Shown here piece by piece: positions 38,960-53,099 of a stretch of DNA of 64,000 nt. The notes under the pieces were generated by a model. That model was not told the DNA's origin, did no database searches, and saw only the letters and a program-made list of their open reading frames with translations. The stretch lies in NCBI GenBank assembly GCA_964016885.1, contig OZ024763.1, forward strand, positions 12,586,001 through 12,650,000, in the 5' to 3' direction. The position numbers were made by a program, and so were the translations under genes. Source of the DNA: Eledone cirrhosa. Taxonomy: Eukaryota. How positions within the stretch are numbered: position 1 is the stretch's first letter; every line of letters begins with the position of its first letter.

Positions 38960-40512
38960 CTAAAATGGAAAGACCACCACCACCACCACCACCACCACAT
39001 ACCACCACCACCACCACCACATACCACCACCGCCACCAATACCCCCCACACACCTATACCACCGCACTACCCCCCCCCCCCCACTATACCACCAGTATGT
39101 TGTCAGTAGAGTTTATTGTAGTGTTTTATTATATGTCCAGTCGTTTATTTACAAAAGCAGATCACTTACAAACCATTGACACCCTCCCTTTTCACAATGC
39201 CCCCCCCCACCTACTCATGTTATTCTGCCTCCTCCCCACCGCTTTCTCTCCCACCCTTTCCCTTCCTTACAAATCTAGACACACAAACATAAAGATTAGT
39301 GCACCCCCCCCCCCCACACACACACATAACACCACCCACACACATAACACCACCCACACCCACACAGCACCACCGACACACATACAGCACCCCCCTACAC
39401 ACACACACACACACACTCACCCACACACACAGCACCACCGACACACACCCACACACACATCACCACACACACACCCACAGCACCACACACACAGCACCAC
39501 CCACACACACATACAGCGCCCACACACACACACAGCACCACCCAGACACACATACATCACCACCACCGACACACACACACACAGCACCACCCCCACACAC
39601 ACCCACACACAGCACCACCCACACCGAAACGTCTTCTGCTAATGTTGCTCTCTTCACCCTCGTTGTTCTCCCTCTCTCACACACCCTCTCTCTCTCTTTC
39701 ACACTCCTCTCTCTCTCACTCTTTCACACTCCTCTCTCTAACTCACTCTTTCACACTCCTTCACTCTCTCTCACTCACTCACCCTCTCCCGTTCACACTC
39801 ACACTTGTACCCTCTCCCCCCGGCCCTCTTGTTCACACTCACTTTCTCTCTCGCTCTTACTCTCACTCTCGTCTTAATACTCTCTCTCACTCCCTCTCCA
39901 TCTTTCTCTATTGTTCTCTCTCTCTCTCGTACCTGACGCACTCACCTCCATTGTCCTCACTCACCTCATTCTTCTCTCTTTCACTCCCACTCTCCTCATC
40001 ACACACCTCTGCTCCCCCCTCTCTCACATTCCCCCCTCCCCCCTCTCTCACATTCCCCCCTCCCCCCTCTCTCTAACAACTTCGATCTCTTACCTCCCTG
40101 CCCATCCCCCACACCATCCATCCTCTCTCCTCCTCCTGTAAACTCACCTCTTCTTCTCACCTCCCACCCAACCCTTACCACCATAACACCCACCCAACCT
40201 AACCACAACCACCCAAACCTAACCACTACCACAACCTCATGTCCCACCCACCGTTACCACCCAACGCTAACCACCACCACACCTCCCACCCAACCCTCCA
40301 TCTCCCATCTCTACCCATAACCACCCCCACCACTACCACCACCACACCTCCCACCCAACCGTCCCTCCCACCACCACTACAACACAATACAACCTATTAA
40401 GTTCTAATATATATTTCACAAAATCATGTCACGACAAAAGTTAAGTTAGTTTCATCTTACACTTTTTACAACTCTTACAGCCTCCTTGTCACTGTTGTTG
40501 TTGTTAGGGTTG

Positions 40513-40544
<32 letters not shown>

Positions 40545-41539
40545 GTTGTTGAGGTTGTCACTGTTGTTGATGTTAGGGTTGTTGTTGGTGTTGTTGTTGT
40601 TGGTGGTGGTGGTGGTGTTGGGGTTGTCACTGCTGTTGATGTTAGGGTTGTTGTTATTGTTGTTGTTGTTGTTGGTGGTGTTGGGGTTGTCACTGTTGTT
40701 GTTAGGGTTGTTGTTGTTGTTGGTGTTGTTGGTGGTGGTGTTGTTGGTGGTGGTGTTGTTGGTGTTAGGGTTGTTGTTGTTGTTGGTGGTGGTGGTGGTG
40801 GTGTTGTTGTTGTTGGTGTTGTTGGTGTTAGGTTTGTTGTTGGTGTTGTCACTGTTGTTGTTGTTGTCTCTGTTGTTGTTGTTGGTGATGCTGTTTATTG
40901 GTGGTCGTATTGTTGCTATTGGTAGTAATACTATTGGTTGCTGTGGTAGTGTTGTAGCTGTTGGTGATGTTGATTGTAGTGTTGTTGGTGTTGTTGTTGT
41001 GGTGGTGGTATTGTTGATGGTGGGGGGGGGGGAGTGACGACGGTGGTATAGGTGTTGCTGGTTCTACTGTTGGCACAACAGCTCCTGTTACTAACCCTCC
41101 AATTGTGGTGACATGGTGCAACGCATCAGACACCCTCCTCCCATTCCACGGCACACACACACACAGGCGCATGTACACACACAAACACATACACACAGTC
41201 ACACAGGCGCATGTACACACACAAACACACACACACAGGCACACAGGCGCATGTACACACACAAACACACACACACAGGCACACAGGCGCATGTACACAC
41301 ACAAACACACACACACAGGCACACAGGCGCATGTACACACACAAACACACACACACAGGCGCACATCAGACACCACACTTCGCCTCCTCTCCTTCCATGG
41401 CAAACACACACACACACAAAACACTATGCAACACCACACCATAACACAACCACACCAAAACACCAACATACAGCACCCCACGCCCACACCACACCACCAC
41501 AACATCATATCACACCAAAACTACTATGCATCACCACAC

Positions 41540-42865
41540 CACACAACACCACTATACCATGCCACGACCACAGCACACAACACCACTCCACAACACCACA
41601 CAACACCACCATACTATGCCACAAGCACAGCACACAACACCACACAACACCACCATACCATGCCACCACAGAACACAACACAACACCACTCCACAACACC
41701 ACCCAACACCACCATACCATGCCACCGCACACAACACCACAACACCACACAACACCACTCCACAACACCACCATACCATGCCACAACACCACAGCACACA
41801 ACACCTCACAACACCACCATACCATGCCACAACACCACAGCACACAACACCTCACAACACCACCATACCATGCCACAACACCACAGCACACAACACCACC
41901 ATACCATGCCACAACACCACAGCACACAACACCTCACAATACCACTCCACAACACCACACAACACCATTCCACAACACCACCATACCATGCCACAACACC
42001 TCACAACACCACCATACCATGCCACAACACCACACAACACCACCATACCATGCCACAACACCTCACAACACCACCATACCATGCCACAACACCTCACAAC
42101 ACCACCATACCATGCCACAACACCTCACAACACCACCATACCATGCCACAACACCACAGCACACAACACCTCACAACACCACCATACCATGCCACAACAC
42201 CACACAACACCACCATACCATGCCACAACACCACACAACACCACCATACCATGCCACAACACCACAGCACACAACACCACCATACCATGCCACAACACCA
42301 CAGCACACAACACCACCATACCATGCCACAACACCACAGCACACAACACCACATAACACCACCATACCATGCCACAACACCTCACAACACCACCATACCA
42401 TGCCACAACACCTCACAACACCACCATACCATGCCACAACACCACAGCACACAACACCTCACAACACCACCATACCATGCCACAACACCACACAACACCA
42501 CCATACCATGCCACAACACCACACAACACCACCATACCATGCCACAACACCTCATAACACCACCATACCATGCCACAACACCTCACAACACCACCATACC
42601 ATGCCACAACACCTCACAACACCACCATACCATGCCACAACACCACAGCACACAACACCTCACAACACCACCATACCATGCCACAACACCACAGCACCTC
42701 ACAATACCACTCCACAACACCACACAACACCACTCCACAACACTACCATACCATGCCACAACACCTCACAACACCACCATACCATGCCACAACACCTCAC
42801 AACACCACCATACCATGCCACAACACCTCACAACACCACAGCACACAACACCTCACAACACCACA
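41540..42865. repeat. About 31-46 bp minisatellite (CACCACCATACCATGCCACAACAC core)
   Basis: Directly visible. Confidence 0.9.
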
Positions 42866-42884
42866 CCATAAAACTATACAATAC

Positions 42885-42955
42885 CGTAATATTATCCTCC
42901 TTCGTCCCAAGCAGACGCTCAACGTCAAAGTCTCCACGCCATCTTGTTAATAGCT
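42885..42955 (-). CDS. Candidate internal exon ((E)LLTRWRGDFDVERLLGTKEDNIT)
   Basis: TTTAATTTGTAG acceptor and GTATTG donor; phase 1 matches the upstream candidate exon. Confidence 0.45.
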
Positions 42956-43017
42956 CTACAAATTAAACTAACAAATAGCTTCCTTCTTCTCCCCCTCCCC
43001 TTCTTCCTCTCTCTCTC

Positions 43018-43084
<67 letters not shown>

Positions 43085-43184
43085 CTTTAGGGGTAGAGAG
43101 AAAGCGTGGGGGAGGCGGGGGGGGGGGAGGAGAAGGAATGATATGGAGAGAGAGAGATGGCAAGAGAAAGCAAGAGGACAAAGA

Positions 43185-43225
<41 letters not shown>

Positions 43226-43381
43226 TTGTTTCCTCCTTGCATTCTCTTTCCATCTCTCTCTCTATATCATTCCTTCTCTCCCTCCCCTCTCTCTTTCTCT
43301 CTACCCCTCACTCACTACCCCCCCCCCCTCTCTCTCTCTTTCTCTCTACCTTCACTCACAATCTCTCAGTTCCCTTCCCAC

Positions 43382-43505
43382 CATGTTCTGTCAACTTCCT
43401 GCTGTCTTCCAGAGTGACTAAGTCATGCAATCTTTGACATATTGTGAGGAATTCCCAGAGAAGAATGAAAGCGACGCCATCTTTGTAACGGCCACAGTGG
43501 TTCAC
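43382..43505 (-). CDS. Candidate exon (..GVAFILLWEFLTICQRLHDLVTLEDSRKLTEH); 5' boundary unclear
   Basis: Open frame ending G|GTGGG, phase-compatible with 42955. Confidence 0.35.
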
Positions 43506-45459
43506 TCAGCAGATAACCAACTCATTTAAATTGAATCTATAATTATATTATATTTACAGCGCCGCCGTCACCAGCATCACCACCACCACCACCTCCATCC
43601 CACCACCATGCCACCACCATCACCAGCATCACCACCACCATACCACCACTATCAACACTACCACCACCACCACCACCACCACAACCATACCACCAGTATC
43701 AACACTACCTCCACCACTACTATCAACACAACCACCAGCATCACCACCACTATACCACTACTATCAACACAACCACCACCACAACCACCACCACCATACC
43801 ACTACTATCAACACAACCACCACCACAACCACCACCACCATACCACTACTATCAACACAACCACCAGCATCACCACCACTATACCACTACTATCAACACA
43901 AACACCACCACCATACCACTACTATCAACACAACCACCAGCATCACCACCACTATACCACTACTATCAACACAACCACCACCACCATACCACCACTATCA
44001 ACACTACCACCACAACCATACCACCAGTATCAACACTACCTCCACCACTACTATCAACACAACCACCAGCATCATCACCACTATACCACTACTATCAACA
44101 CAACCACCACCACCATACCACCACTATCAACGCTACCACCACCACCACTACCATACCACTACTATCAACACAACCACCACCACCATACCACCACTATCAA
44201 CACTACCACCACCACTACCATACCACTACTATCAACACAACCACCACCACCATACCACCACTATCAACACTACCACCACCACCACCACTACCATACCACT
44301 ACTATCAACACAACCACCACCACCACCAACAACAACTCCACCATTATCAACACAACCACCACCAACTACACCACCACTATCACCATCAACACCACCACCA
44401 TACCACCACTATCAACACTACCACCACACCACTACTATCAACATCAACACAACCACCACCATACCACTACTATCAACACAACCACCACCACCATACCATT
44501 ATTATCAACACAACCACCACCACCACCAACAACTCCACCATTATCAACACAACCATCACCACCACCACCACCACCATTACTACTACTACTTCTTACACCA
44601 CCACCACAACCACAACCACCACTGTTATTGTTGCTATTGTTCCTGTTGCTATTGTCATTGTTGCTATTGTCACTGTTGTTGTTGATATTGTCACTGTTGT
44701 TGCTACTGTTGCTATTGCTATTGTCACTGTTGTTGTTGCTATTGTCACTGTTGTTGTCACTGTTGTTGCAATTGTCACTGTTGCTATTGCTATTGTCACT
44801 GTTGTTGTTGCTATTGTCACTGTTGCTGTTGTCACTGTTGTTATTGTCACTGTTGTTATTGTCACTGTTGTTGTCACTGTTGCTATTGTCACTGTTGTTG
44901 TTGCTATTGTCACTGTTGTTGTTGCTATTGTCACTGTTGTTGTTGCTATTGTCACTGTTGTTGTCACTCTTGTCTTTTATTGTTATTGTGTCATATATTA
45001 TTGTCACTGTTGTTGTTGTTGTAGATGTTGTTGTTATTGTCAGTTGTTGTTGTTGTTGTTGTTGTTATATCTTCCCAACTGTGAAATCAGATTAATTATG
45101 ACTGTGTCATGACAGCTTTAACATTTTGTCATCGTGTAATTGTTAGGTAAGGTGTGGTGTAGTGGTGGTGGTGTGGTGTAGTGGAGTGGTGGTGTGGTGG
45201 TATGGTGTAGAGGTGGTGGTGTGATGTAGTGTGGTGGTGGTATGGTGGTGTAATGGGGTGGTGGTATGGTGTAGTGGTGGTGTAGTGTAGTGTAGTGTAG
45301 TGTAATACAGTGGTGGTGTGGTGTAGTGTAGTGGTGGACTACCGCAGTGGTGGTGTGTGTTTAATGTATTGTAAGTACAATGTAGTGGTGTTATAGGCAA
45401 ACCTCCAAATATATATATATATATATATATATATACAGTAGAACCTCAGTTGACGAAGA

Positions 45460-45497
45460 GTCTTTACGTTTCAGACACTAGTCTTTCATCAGAAGAC
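45460..45497 (-). ncRNA. Type I minimal hammerhead ribozyme
   Basis: Minus strand GTCTT-CTGATGA-A-AGAC-tagt-GTCT-GAA-ACGT-A-AAGAC. Confidence 0.8.
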
Positions 45498-45560
45498 AAA
45501 ATGAGAAGAAGAAGGAAGAGAAACCATTTTCGGAGAAAAAGCACGTGTGTATTGAATCAC

Positions 45561-45610
<50 letters not shown>

Positions 45611-45612
<2 letters not shown>

Positions 45613-45682
45613 CCTTGTCTGATGAACGAATGCGGACGTATCTTGTATTCGTCTTATTCGGGAAACCTCTGGTAATGAGGTA
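45611..45682 (+). ncRNA. Type I hammerhead ribozyme
   Basis: TGCCTTGT-CTGATGA-A-CGAAT..GGACG..CGTCT..ATTCG-G-GAA-ACC-tct-GGT-A-ATGAGGTA. Confidence 0.75.
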
Positions 45683-45797
45683 ATTATACTGTATTGTTTA
45701 TTATACATTAAATAATTATATATATGAGAGAGAGAGAGAGAGAGTGAAGAAACAGGGATAGTGTAGTTGCTGGATAAGGTGTAATTATAAATAAGAG

Positions 45798-45929
45798 GAA
45801 ATCAGATGATTTCTAAAGAATGAAACAGTTCTAGTCCTGTAGAATCTCATCTATATTAAAACTTTTATACTCTGTTATGTATTGAGTACCTTACTTACTG
45901 TGGTTACCTCCGATTCAACCCGGAATAAC

Positions 45930-45932
<3 letters not shown>
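45798..45932 (+). mobile_element. Family A element truncated inside the HHR core, with 7-bp fold-back
   Basis: Reverse-complement match to 20168-20292; GAAATCA-ga-TGATTTC at the 5' end; (TA)n at the 3' end. Confidence 0.8.
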
Positions 45933-45960
<28 letters not shown>

Positions 45961-46094
45961 AGTAGAAGGGGTATTTAATTTGCTGGAAGTACGACAAATA
46001 TAAATATTTATAACTGATTTAGAGCACTCAACAAGTTAGTGGAGTAATAAAATAAATATGGTTTTATAAATATAGTTTCCATTTATTTAATATA

Positions 46095-46147
<53 letters not shown>

Positions 46148-46269
46148 CACTACTACCTTCACCGCCAACACTACTACTACCACTACCATCATCATCACCA
46201 CCACCACCACCACCACCACCATCAACTCTACTTCAACCACCACAACTACTAGAACCATCACGCCCACCA

Positions 46270-47690
46270 CCACCTACAACAAACCCTACTACAACCACCA
46301 CCACCACCTACAACAAACCCTACTACAACCACCACCATCTACAACAAACCCTACTACAACCACCACCACCTACAACAAACCCTACTACAACTACCACCAC
46401 CACCACCTACAAGTAACCCTACTACAACCACCACCATCGCCTACAACTACCACCACCACCACCACCACCCTACAACTACCACCACCACCACTACAACAAA
46501 CCCTACCACCACCACCACCACCACCTACAACAAACCCTACAACCACCACCACCACCATCAGTACCACCACCACCACTACAACAAACCCTACCACCACCAC
46601 CTACAACAAACCCTACTACAACCACCACCACTACAACAAACCCTACCACCACCACCACCTACAACAAATCCTACTACAACCACCACCACCACCACTACAA
46701 CAAACCCTACCACCACCACCAACACCTACAACAAACCCTACTACAACCACCACCATCACCTACAACCACCACCACCACCACCACCTACAACCACCACCAC
46801 CACCACCTACAACTACCACCACCACCACCTACAACAAACCCTACTACAACCACCACCATCACCTACAACTACCCACCACCACCACCACCTACAACCACCA
46901 CCACCACCACCTACAACTACTCACCACCACCACCACCACCACCTACAACTATCACCACCACCTACAACAAACCCTACTACAACCACCACCATCACCTACA
47001 ACTACCACCACCACCACCACCACCACCTTCAACAAACCCTACTACAACCACCACCACCACCTACAACTACCACCACCACCACCACCTACAACAAACCCTA
47101 CTACAACCACCACCATCACCTACAACTACCCACCACCACCACCACCACCACCTACAACTATCACCACCACCACCACCACCTACAACCACCACCACCACCA
47201 CCACCTACAACAAACCCTACTACAACCACCACCACCTACAACTACTCACCACCACCACCACCTACAACTACCACCACCACCACCACCTACAACAAACCCT
47301 ACTACAACCACCACCATCACCTACAACTACCACCACCACCACCACCACCACCTTCAACAAACCCTACTACAACCACCACCACCACCTACAACTACTCACC
47401 CCCACCACCACCTACAACTACCACCACCACCTACAACAAACCCTACTACAACCACCACCATCACCTACAACTACCACCACCACCATCACCTACAACCACC
47501 ACCACCACCACCACCACCTACAACAAACCCTACTACAACCACCACCATCACCTACAACTACCACCACCACCACCACCACCACCTTCAACAAACCCTACTA
47601 CAACCACCACCATCACCTACAACTACCACCACCACCACCACCACCACCACCACCTACAACAAACCCTACTACAACCACCACCATCATCAC
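46270..47690. repeat. (ACC)n-based minisatellite with CTACAACAAACCCTACTACAA units
   Basis: Directly visible. Confidence 0.9.
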
Positions 47691-50354
47691 CTCTCCCCCA
47701 ATTATCTCCCCCTTGTCGTCATCCAGTCTAGGATGAGACATTGCTAGAACATGGTTTGTGTTGCTCGCACCAGTTGAATGTGTTGTTAAACAAGATACTT
47801 GGCTCCATTAAGTCTTACCACTAGATGTCGCTAGCCAATTAAATGCCTTATCATCACGAAGAGATTATTTTTGCCAGGGGGCGTTGTTTGGTACATTTCT
47901 TGTTGCTGCTGCTAGTGTTGTTGTTGATGTTATTGGTGTTGTTGTTGTTATTGGTGTTGTTGTTGTTGATGTTATTGGTGTTGTTGTTGTTATTGGTGTT
48001 GTTGTTATTGGTGTTGTTGTTATTGGTGTTGTTATTGGTGTTGATGTTGTTATTGGTGTTGTTGTTGATGTTATTGATGTTGTTGGTGATGGTGGTGGTA
48101 ATGTTGGTGGTTTTGTTGGTGGTGGTGTTGATGGTGTTGGTGATGTTGGTGATGGTGATGGTGGTGTTGGTGGTTTTGTTGGTGTTGGTGGTGACGTTGG
48201 TGATGGTGGTGGTGGTGTTGATGATGGTGTTGATGATGGTGGTGGTGGTGGTGGTTTTGTTGGTGTTGGTGGTTTTGTTGGTGGTGTTGGTTTTGTTGGT
48301 GATGGTGTTGGTGACGATGGTGACGGTGTTGATGGTGGTGATGGTGGTGGTGATGGTGGTAGTGGTGTTGGTGGTTTTGTTGATGTTATTGGAGTTGTTG
48401 CTAGTGTTGTTGTTGTTATTGGTGGTGTTGATATTGTTTGTGTTGGTAGTTGTTGTTATTGTTGTTGTTGCTGCTACTGTTGTTGTTAATCACAAATTGT
48501 CACAGTTCAATTACAACTAATCCCTTACAGCCAGCACTTGTCCTTGTATCGCCTTCATCTCATTCACAACTTCTTCCGCCTGCTGTCACACTCCCCTCCT
48601 CGCACCACACCCCCCTCTCTCTGTCACACTCCCCTCCTCGCACCACACACCCCTCTCTCTGTCACACTCCCCTCCGTTACCCCGCTCTCTCTCTGTCACA
48701 CTCCCCTCCTCGCACCACACACCCCTCTCTCTGTCACACTGCCCTCCTTTACCCCGCTCTCTCTCTCTGTCACACTCCCCTCCTCGCACCACAAACCCCT
48801 CTCTCTGTCACACTCCCCTCTGTTACCCCGCTCTCTCTGTCACTCCCTCTCTCGTCACCCCATGTCGCACTCCCCTCCTCTCGTCCCACTCCCCCTCTCT
48901 CTGTCACACTCCCCTCTCACATCACACTCCCCCCTCGTCACCCCATGTCACACTCCCCTCCTCTCGTCCCACTCCTCCCCCTCACGCAACACACCCCTCT
49001 TACTTCCACACACCTCATTCATTACAGAACTTCTCCCTTCCATGCCCCCCCACCACCATGATGGTGCTGTAATGGAGGTGGTGCTGGTGGTAGTTGTAAT
49101 GGTGGTGATTCTGGTGATGGTGAGAGTGATGGTGATGGTGAGAGTGGTGGTGGTGGTGGTGAGAGTGGTGGTGGTGGTGGTGATGGTGAGAGTGGTGGTG
49201 GTGGTGGTGAGAGTGGTGGTGGTGGTGGTGATGGTGAGTGGTGGTGGTGGTGATTTTTTTTCTTTTTAACTTCTCAAAACCATTTCCATGTTCGCAGCAG
49301 CAGCACCACCGCCGCCGCCACCTCACCACTACCACCACCACCGTTGCCACTACCACCGGCAACACTGCCACCACCACCACCACCACCGCCATCTCACCAC
49401 CACCACCACCACCGTTGCCACTACCACCGGCAACACTGCCACCACCACCACCACCACCGCCATCTCACCACCACCACCACTTCCACCGCAGCCGCCATTA
49501 CTGTAACATCGCCTCATTTAGCATGCGCAATTCAATGTAGGACATATTCAGCGTTCGGAGAAAATGTTGTTATATATTTAGATATTGTTTAGTCGCCATA
49601 TTGGCCGTTAAACAAATCGTTTCGTCGCCATCTTGTAAATCAGTTGAACATAGCAGCCTATGTTTGGAAAACATGATTATTCTTGTTTGTTTCATGGTGG
49701 TGGTGGTGGCGGCGGCGGCGGGGGTAGTGGTGGTTGTGGTGGTGACGGCGGGGGTAGTGGTGGTTGTGGTGGTGGTGGTGACGGTGGTGGTGGCGGCGGC
49801 GGGGGTAGTGGTGGTGATTGCGGTGGCGGTGGCCGGGGGGGGGGGGTGACTGCGGGGGTAGTGGTGGTGGTGGTGATTGTGGTGGTGGTGGCGGTGACGG
49901 TGGTAGTGTGGGGCAGATGGTGGTGGTAGTAGTAGTAGCAGCAGTGGTAGTAAGAGCAGTAGTAGAAGCAGTAGCAGTAGTAACAGCTGTAGCAGCAACA
50001 GCAGCAACAATAGTAGAAGTAGTAGTAATTGTAGCAGCAGCAGCAGCAGTAGTAGTAGTAGCAGCAGCAGATACAGTATTGTACAATCCCAGTTCAACTC
50101 CTGTCCGCCGGGTGTTGTAATGTTATACCTTTTATCTTTCTAAAGTTCCTAAAACAACCAAGAGTCAACGCGTGTCCCTCAATCACCCTCCTGGGAAACA
50201 CCTCCACTATTCCGTCCGCCGGGGCCCTAGGGTGGCCAGCGCGTGATCGCCTTTTGTTCCTTATAGTGAGACAGGGGGAGAACGACGGGGGGCAGTGACC
50301 TTACCAGCGTTGCTGAAGTATCTTTTAGCGGTAAAGGTACAAAAGAGATGAATA

Positions 50355-50798
50355 ATCGTTTCTACTTTAGGCACAAGGCCAGCAATTTGAAGGGAGGGGA
50401 GGGGGGAAGTCGATTAAATCGACACCAGAGCATTACTGGTACTTTATTTTATCGACCTCGTATGGATGAAAGGCAAAGCTAACTTCAGCGGGATTTGAAC
50501 TCAGAACGTAAAGGGCCATAAGTCTATACTGCAAAGCAGGGCGTCCGGCGCTCTACCGATACTGCCAATCAACCATTAATAATGGATGTGAATTAAAGGC
50601 GGTGGATTGGCAGTATCGGTAGAGAGTCGGACGCCATGCTTTCTAGCATAGTTACGTCCCTTTACAGTCTGAGTTCAAAGCCCGCCGAGGTTGACTTTGC
50701 CTTTCATCCTTACGGGGTCGATAAAATAAAGTACCAGTAATGTACTGGTGTAATTGCTGGCCTTGTGCCTAAAGTAGAAACAATTAATAATGGATGTG
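50355..50798. mobile_element. Head-to-head SINE pair (50355-50573 minus, 50598-50785 plus)
   Basis: Plus copy flanked by a 16-bp duplication ATTAATAATGGATGTG (50575-50590, 50783-50798). Confidence 0.9.
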
Positions 50799-51346
50799 GG
50801 TATTCCCAAAAAATAATAGTCAGAGTAAAAATATGGAAAAACCAGGAGATACGCGAGTCTACATGTTAGATCATTAATAGATTGTTCTTTGAGCTGATCG
50901 ACAGTGAAACATATGTAATATGTAATTAGATATGCATATCGCAACACTGATTCTTTGTTCCTTTATATATTAATACTATTGATACTCTGCTCTCCCAAGA
51001 GCATCGAGTGCTCATCTGGCATACCGCCTACGGACGCAATTAACTTGCACCTTAACATATATATATATATATCAGGTTGGCCACAACTTACTTTCCCTAT
51101 TTTTCCGCGGTTACTCTTTTGCATATTTATTTCACCTGTGTCTTCCCACGATGGGACCTGTTCACTTGTTTTTTCCTATTCTTTTTCTATTTTTCCCCCT
51201 TTTCCCTTTCTTCCTTTCTCCTCGTCTATCCCCCCCCCCCCCACACCTCTGTTCTTCCACTTTTCCCCATCTTTCCTCTCTCCTTGTTTCTCTCTTTCTC
51301 TCTCATTTTCCCCCTCGCCTTTTGATTAATAAAAGGCCCCGGGCGC

Positions 51347-51420
51347 TCCCGAACTCCACCGATGTCCTGTAATTCAGCGCCGAAACATCGGATCGGGAAA
51401 CATTTACAGCTGACGAAGGA
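51347..51420 (+). ncRNA. Rearranged hammerhead-like motif, second complete copy (element about 51074-51515)
   Basis: CCGATGT-C-CTGTAA, then GAA-ACATCGG, then TTACAG-CTGACGA; distal helix TCCCGA/TCGGGA. Confidence 0.7.
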
Positions 51421-51513
51421 AACTCCTTTCTTCCTTTCTCCTCTTGTTCCGCCCAAACCACCATCCTAAACCTTGTTTCTAGTAACCACACAGCTCCTTT
51501 CGTTTCATATCAT

Positions 51514-51550
<37 letters not shown>

Positions 51551-51551
<1 letters not shown>

Positions 51552-51652
51552 AAAAACATGGGAAGAAAGAGGAATACTGCGTGGTTGCACATGGGTTACA
51601 TATTATAAAATTAGTCCCTCATCAGTGATTTGCCAACCATCATTGGTATTTC
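51551..51652 (-). mobile_element. Family C fragment with GAAA and CUGANGA strands in rearranged order
   Basis: Minus strand GAA-ATACC..GGTTGGC-AAATCA-CTGATGA-GGGAC; flanked by TA runs. Confidence 0.6.
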
Positions 51653-51960
51653 ATATATATTAACTAGTCTGTGTACAATTATAATATTAAGCTGCAACAT
51701 TAAAATAACGCTTATAACCTACAACAGACCCCAAAAGTGCCGCCCTCCATAAAATTGTCGCCCGTGGAGGACTGCCCCCTCTAGCTATGCTATTGAGGAG
51801 GGGACAGTCGATTATATCTACACCAGTGTTTGGCTGGTACTTTATCATATCGACCACGGGAAGCTGACTGACTAAGTTGACCCCGGCGATATTTGAACTC
51901 AAAACGTAAAGATCCCGAACAAATACTGCTAAACATTTGTCCGACGTTCTTGCCATCTGA

Positions 51961-52695
<735 letters not shown>

Positions 52696-52954
52696 CTGTC
52701 TCTGTGCGTGTGGAAACAATTATACAGCGCAGTGACAAGATGTCTCTCTACCAGGCGAACCCATGGTTTGCTTGGTCAACTCGCTTCCAAACAACCGTCA
52801 AAGCAATAATTGTACGACACGGCTTCGCAGGTGAAACCTCACCTTGTTTATTTACTTATGACTAATCACCGATTCGGACGAATCGAGGCACGACACGTTT
52901 GGCAAAATATGGTTGTTTGTTCGTTCGTCTGTGTGTGTGTACGTGTACGTGTGT

Positions 52955-52985
<31 letters not shown>

Positions 52986-52986
52986 G

Positions 52987-53099
52987 GCTTAAAAATGGAA
53001 TGAGAATAAGAAGAAAGCAAAAACGGGGGAGGGGGGATATTTCCTCATCAGTTGTCTACTGGAAGTCTCGGATATTTCAACGCTTTAAAGACATCTTTA
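52987..53099 (-). mobile_element. 5'-truncated element with rearranged hammerhead-like motif
   Basis: Minus strand TGTCT-TTAAAGCGTT-GAA-ATATCC..AGACAA-CTGATGA-GG; small fold-back TAAAGA-ca-TCTTTA at the truncation. Confidence 0.55.

Noticed and set aside
40500-40835. TTAGGG hexamers as telomeric repeats
   Set aside because: Scattered singly within (GTT)n, not tandem.
41105-42966. 588 and 617 aa His/Thr ORFs
   Set aside because: CA-rich minisatellite that lacks stop codons by composition.
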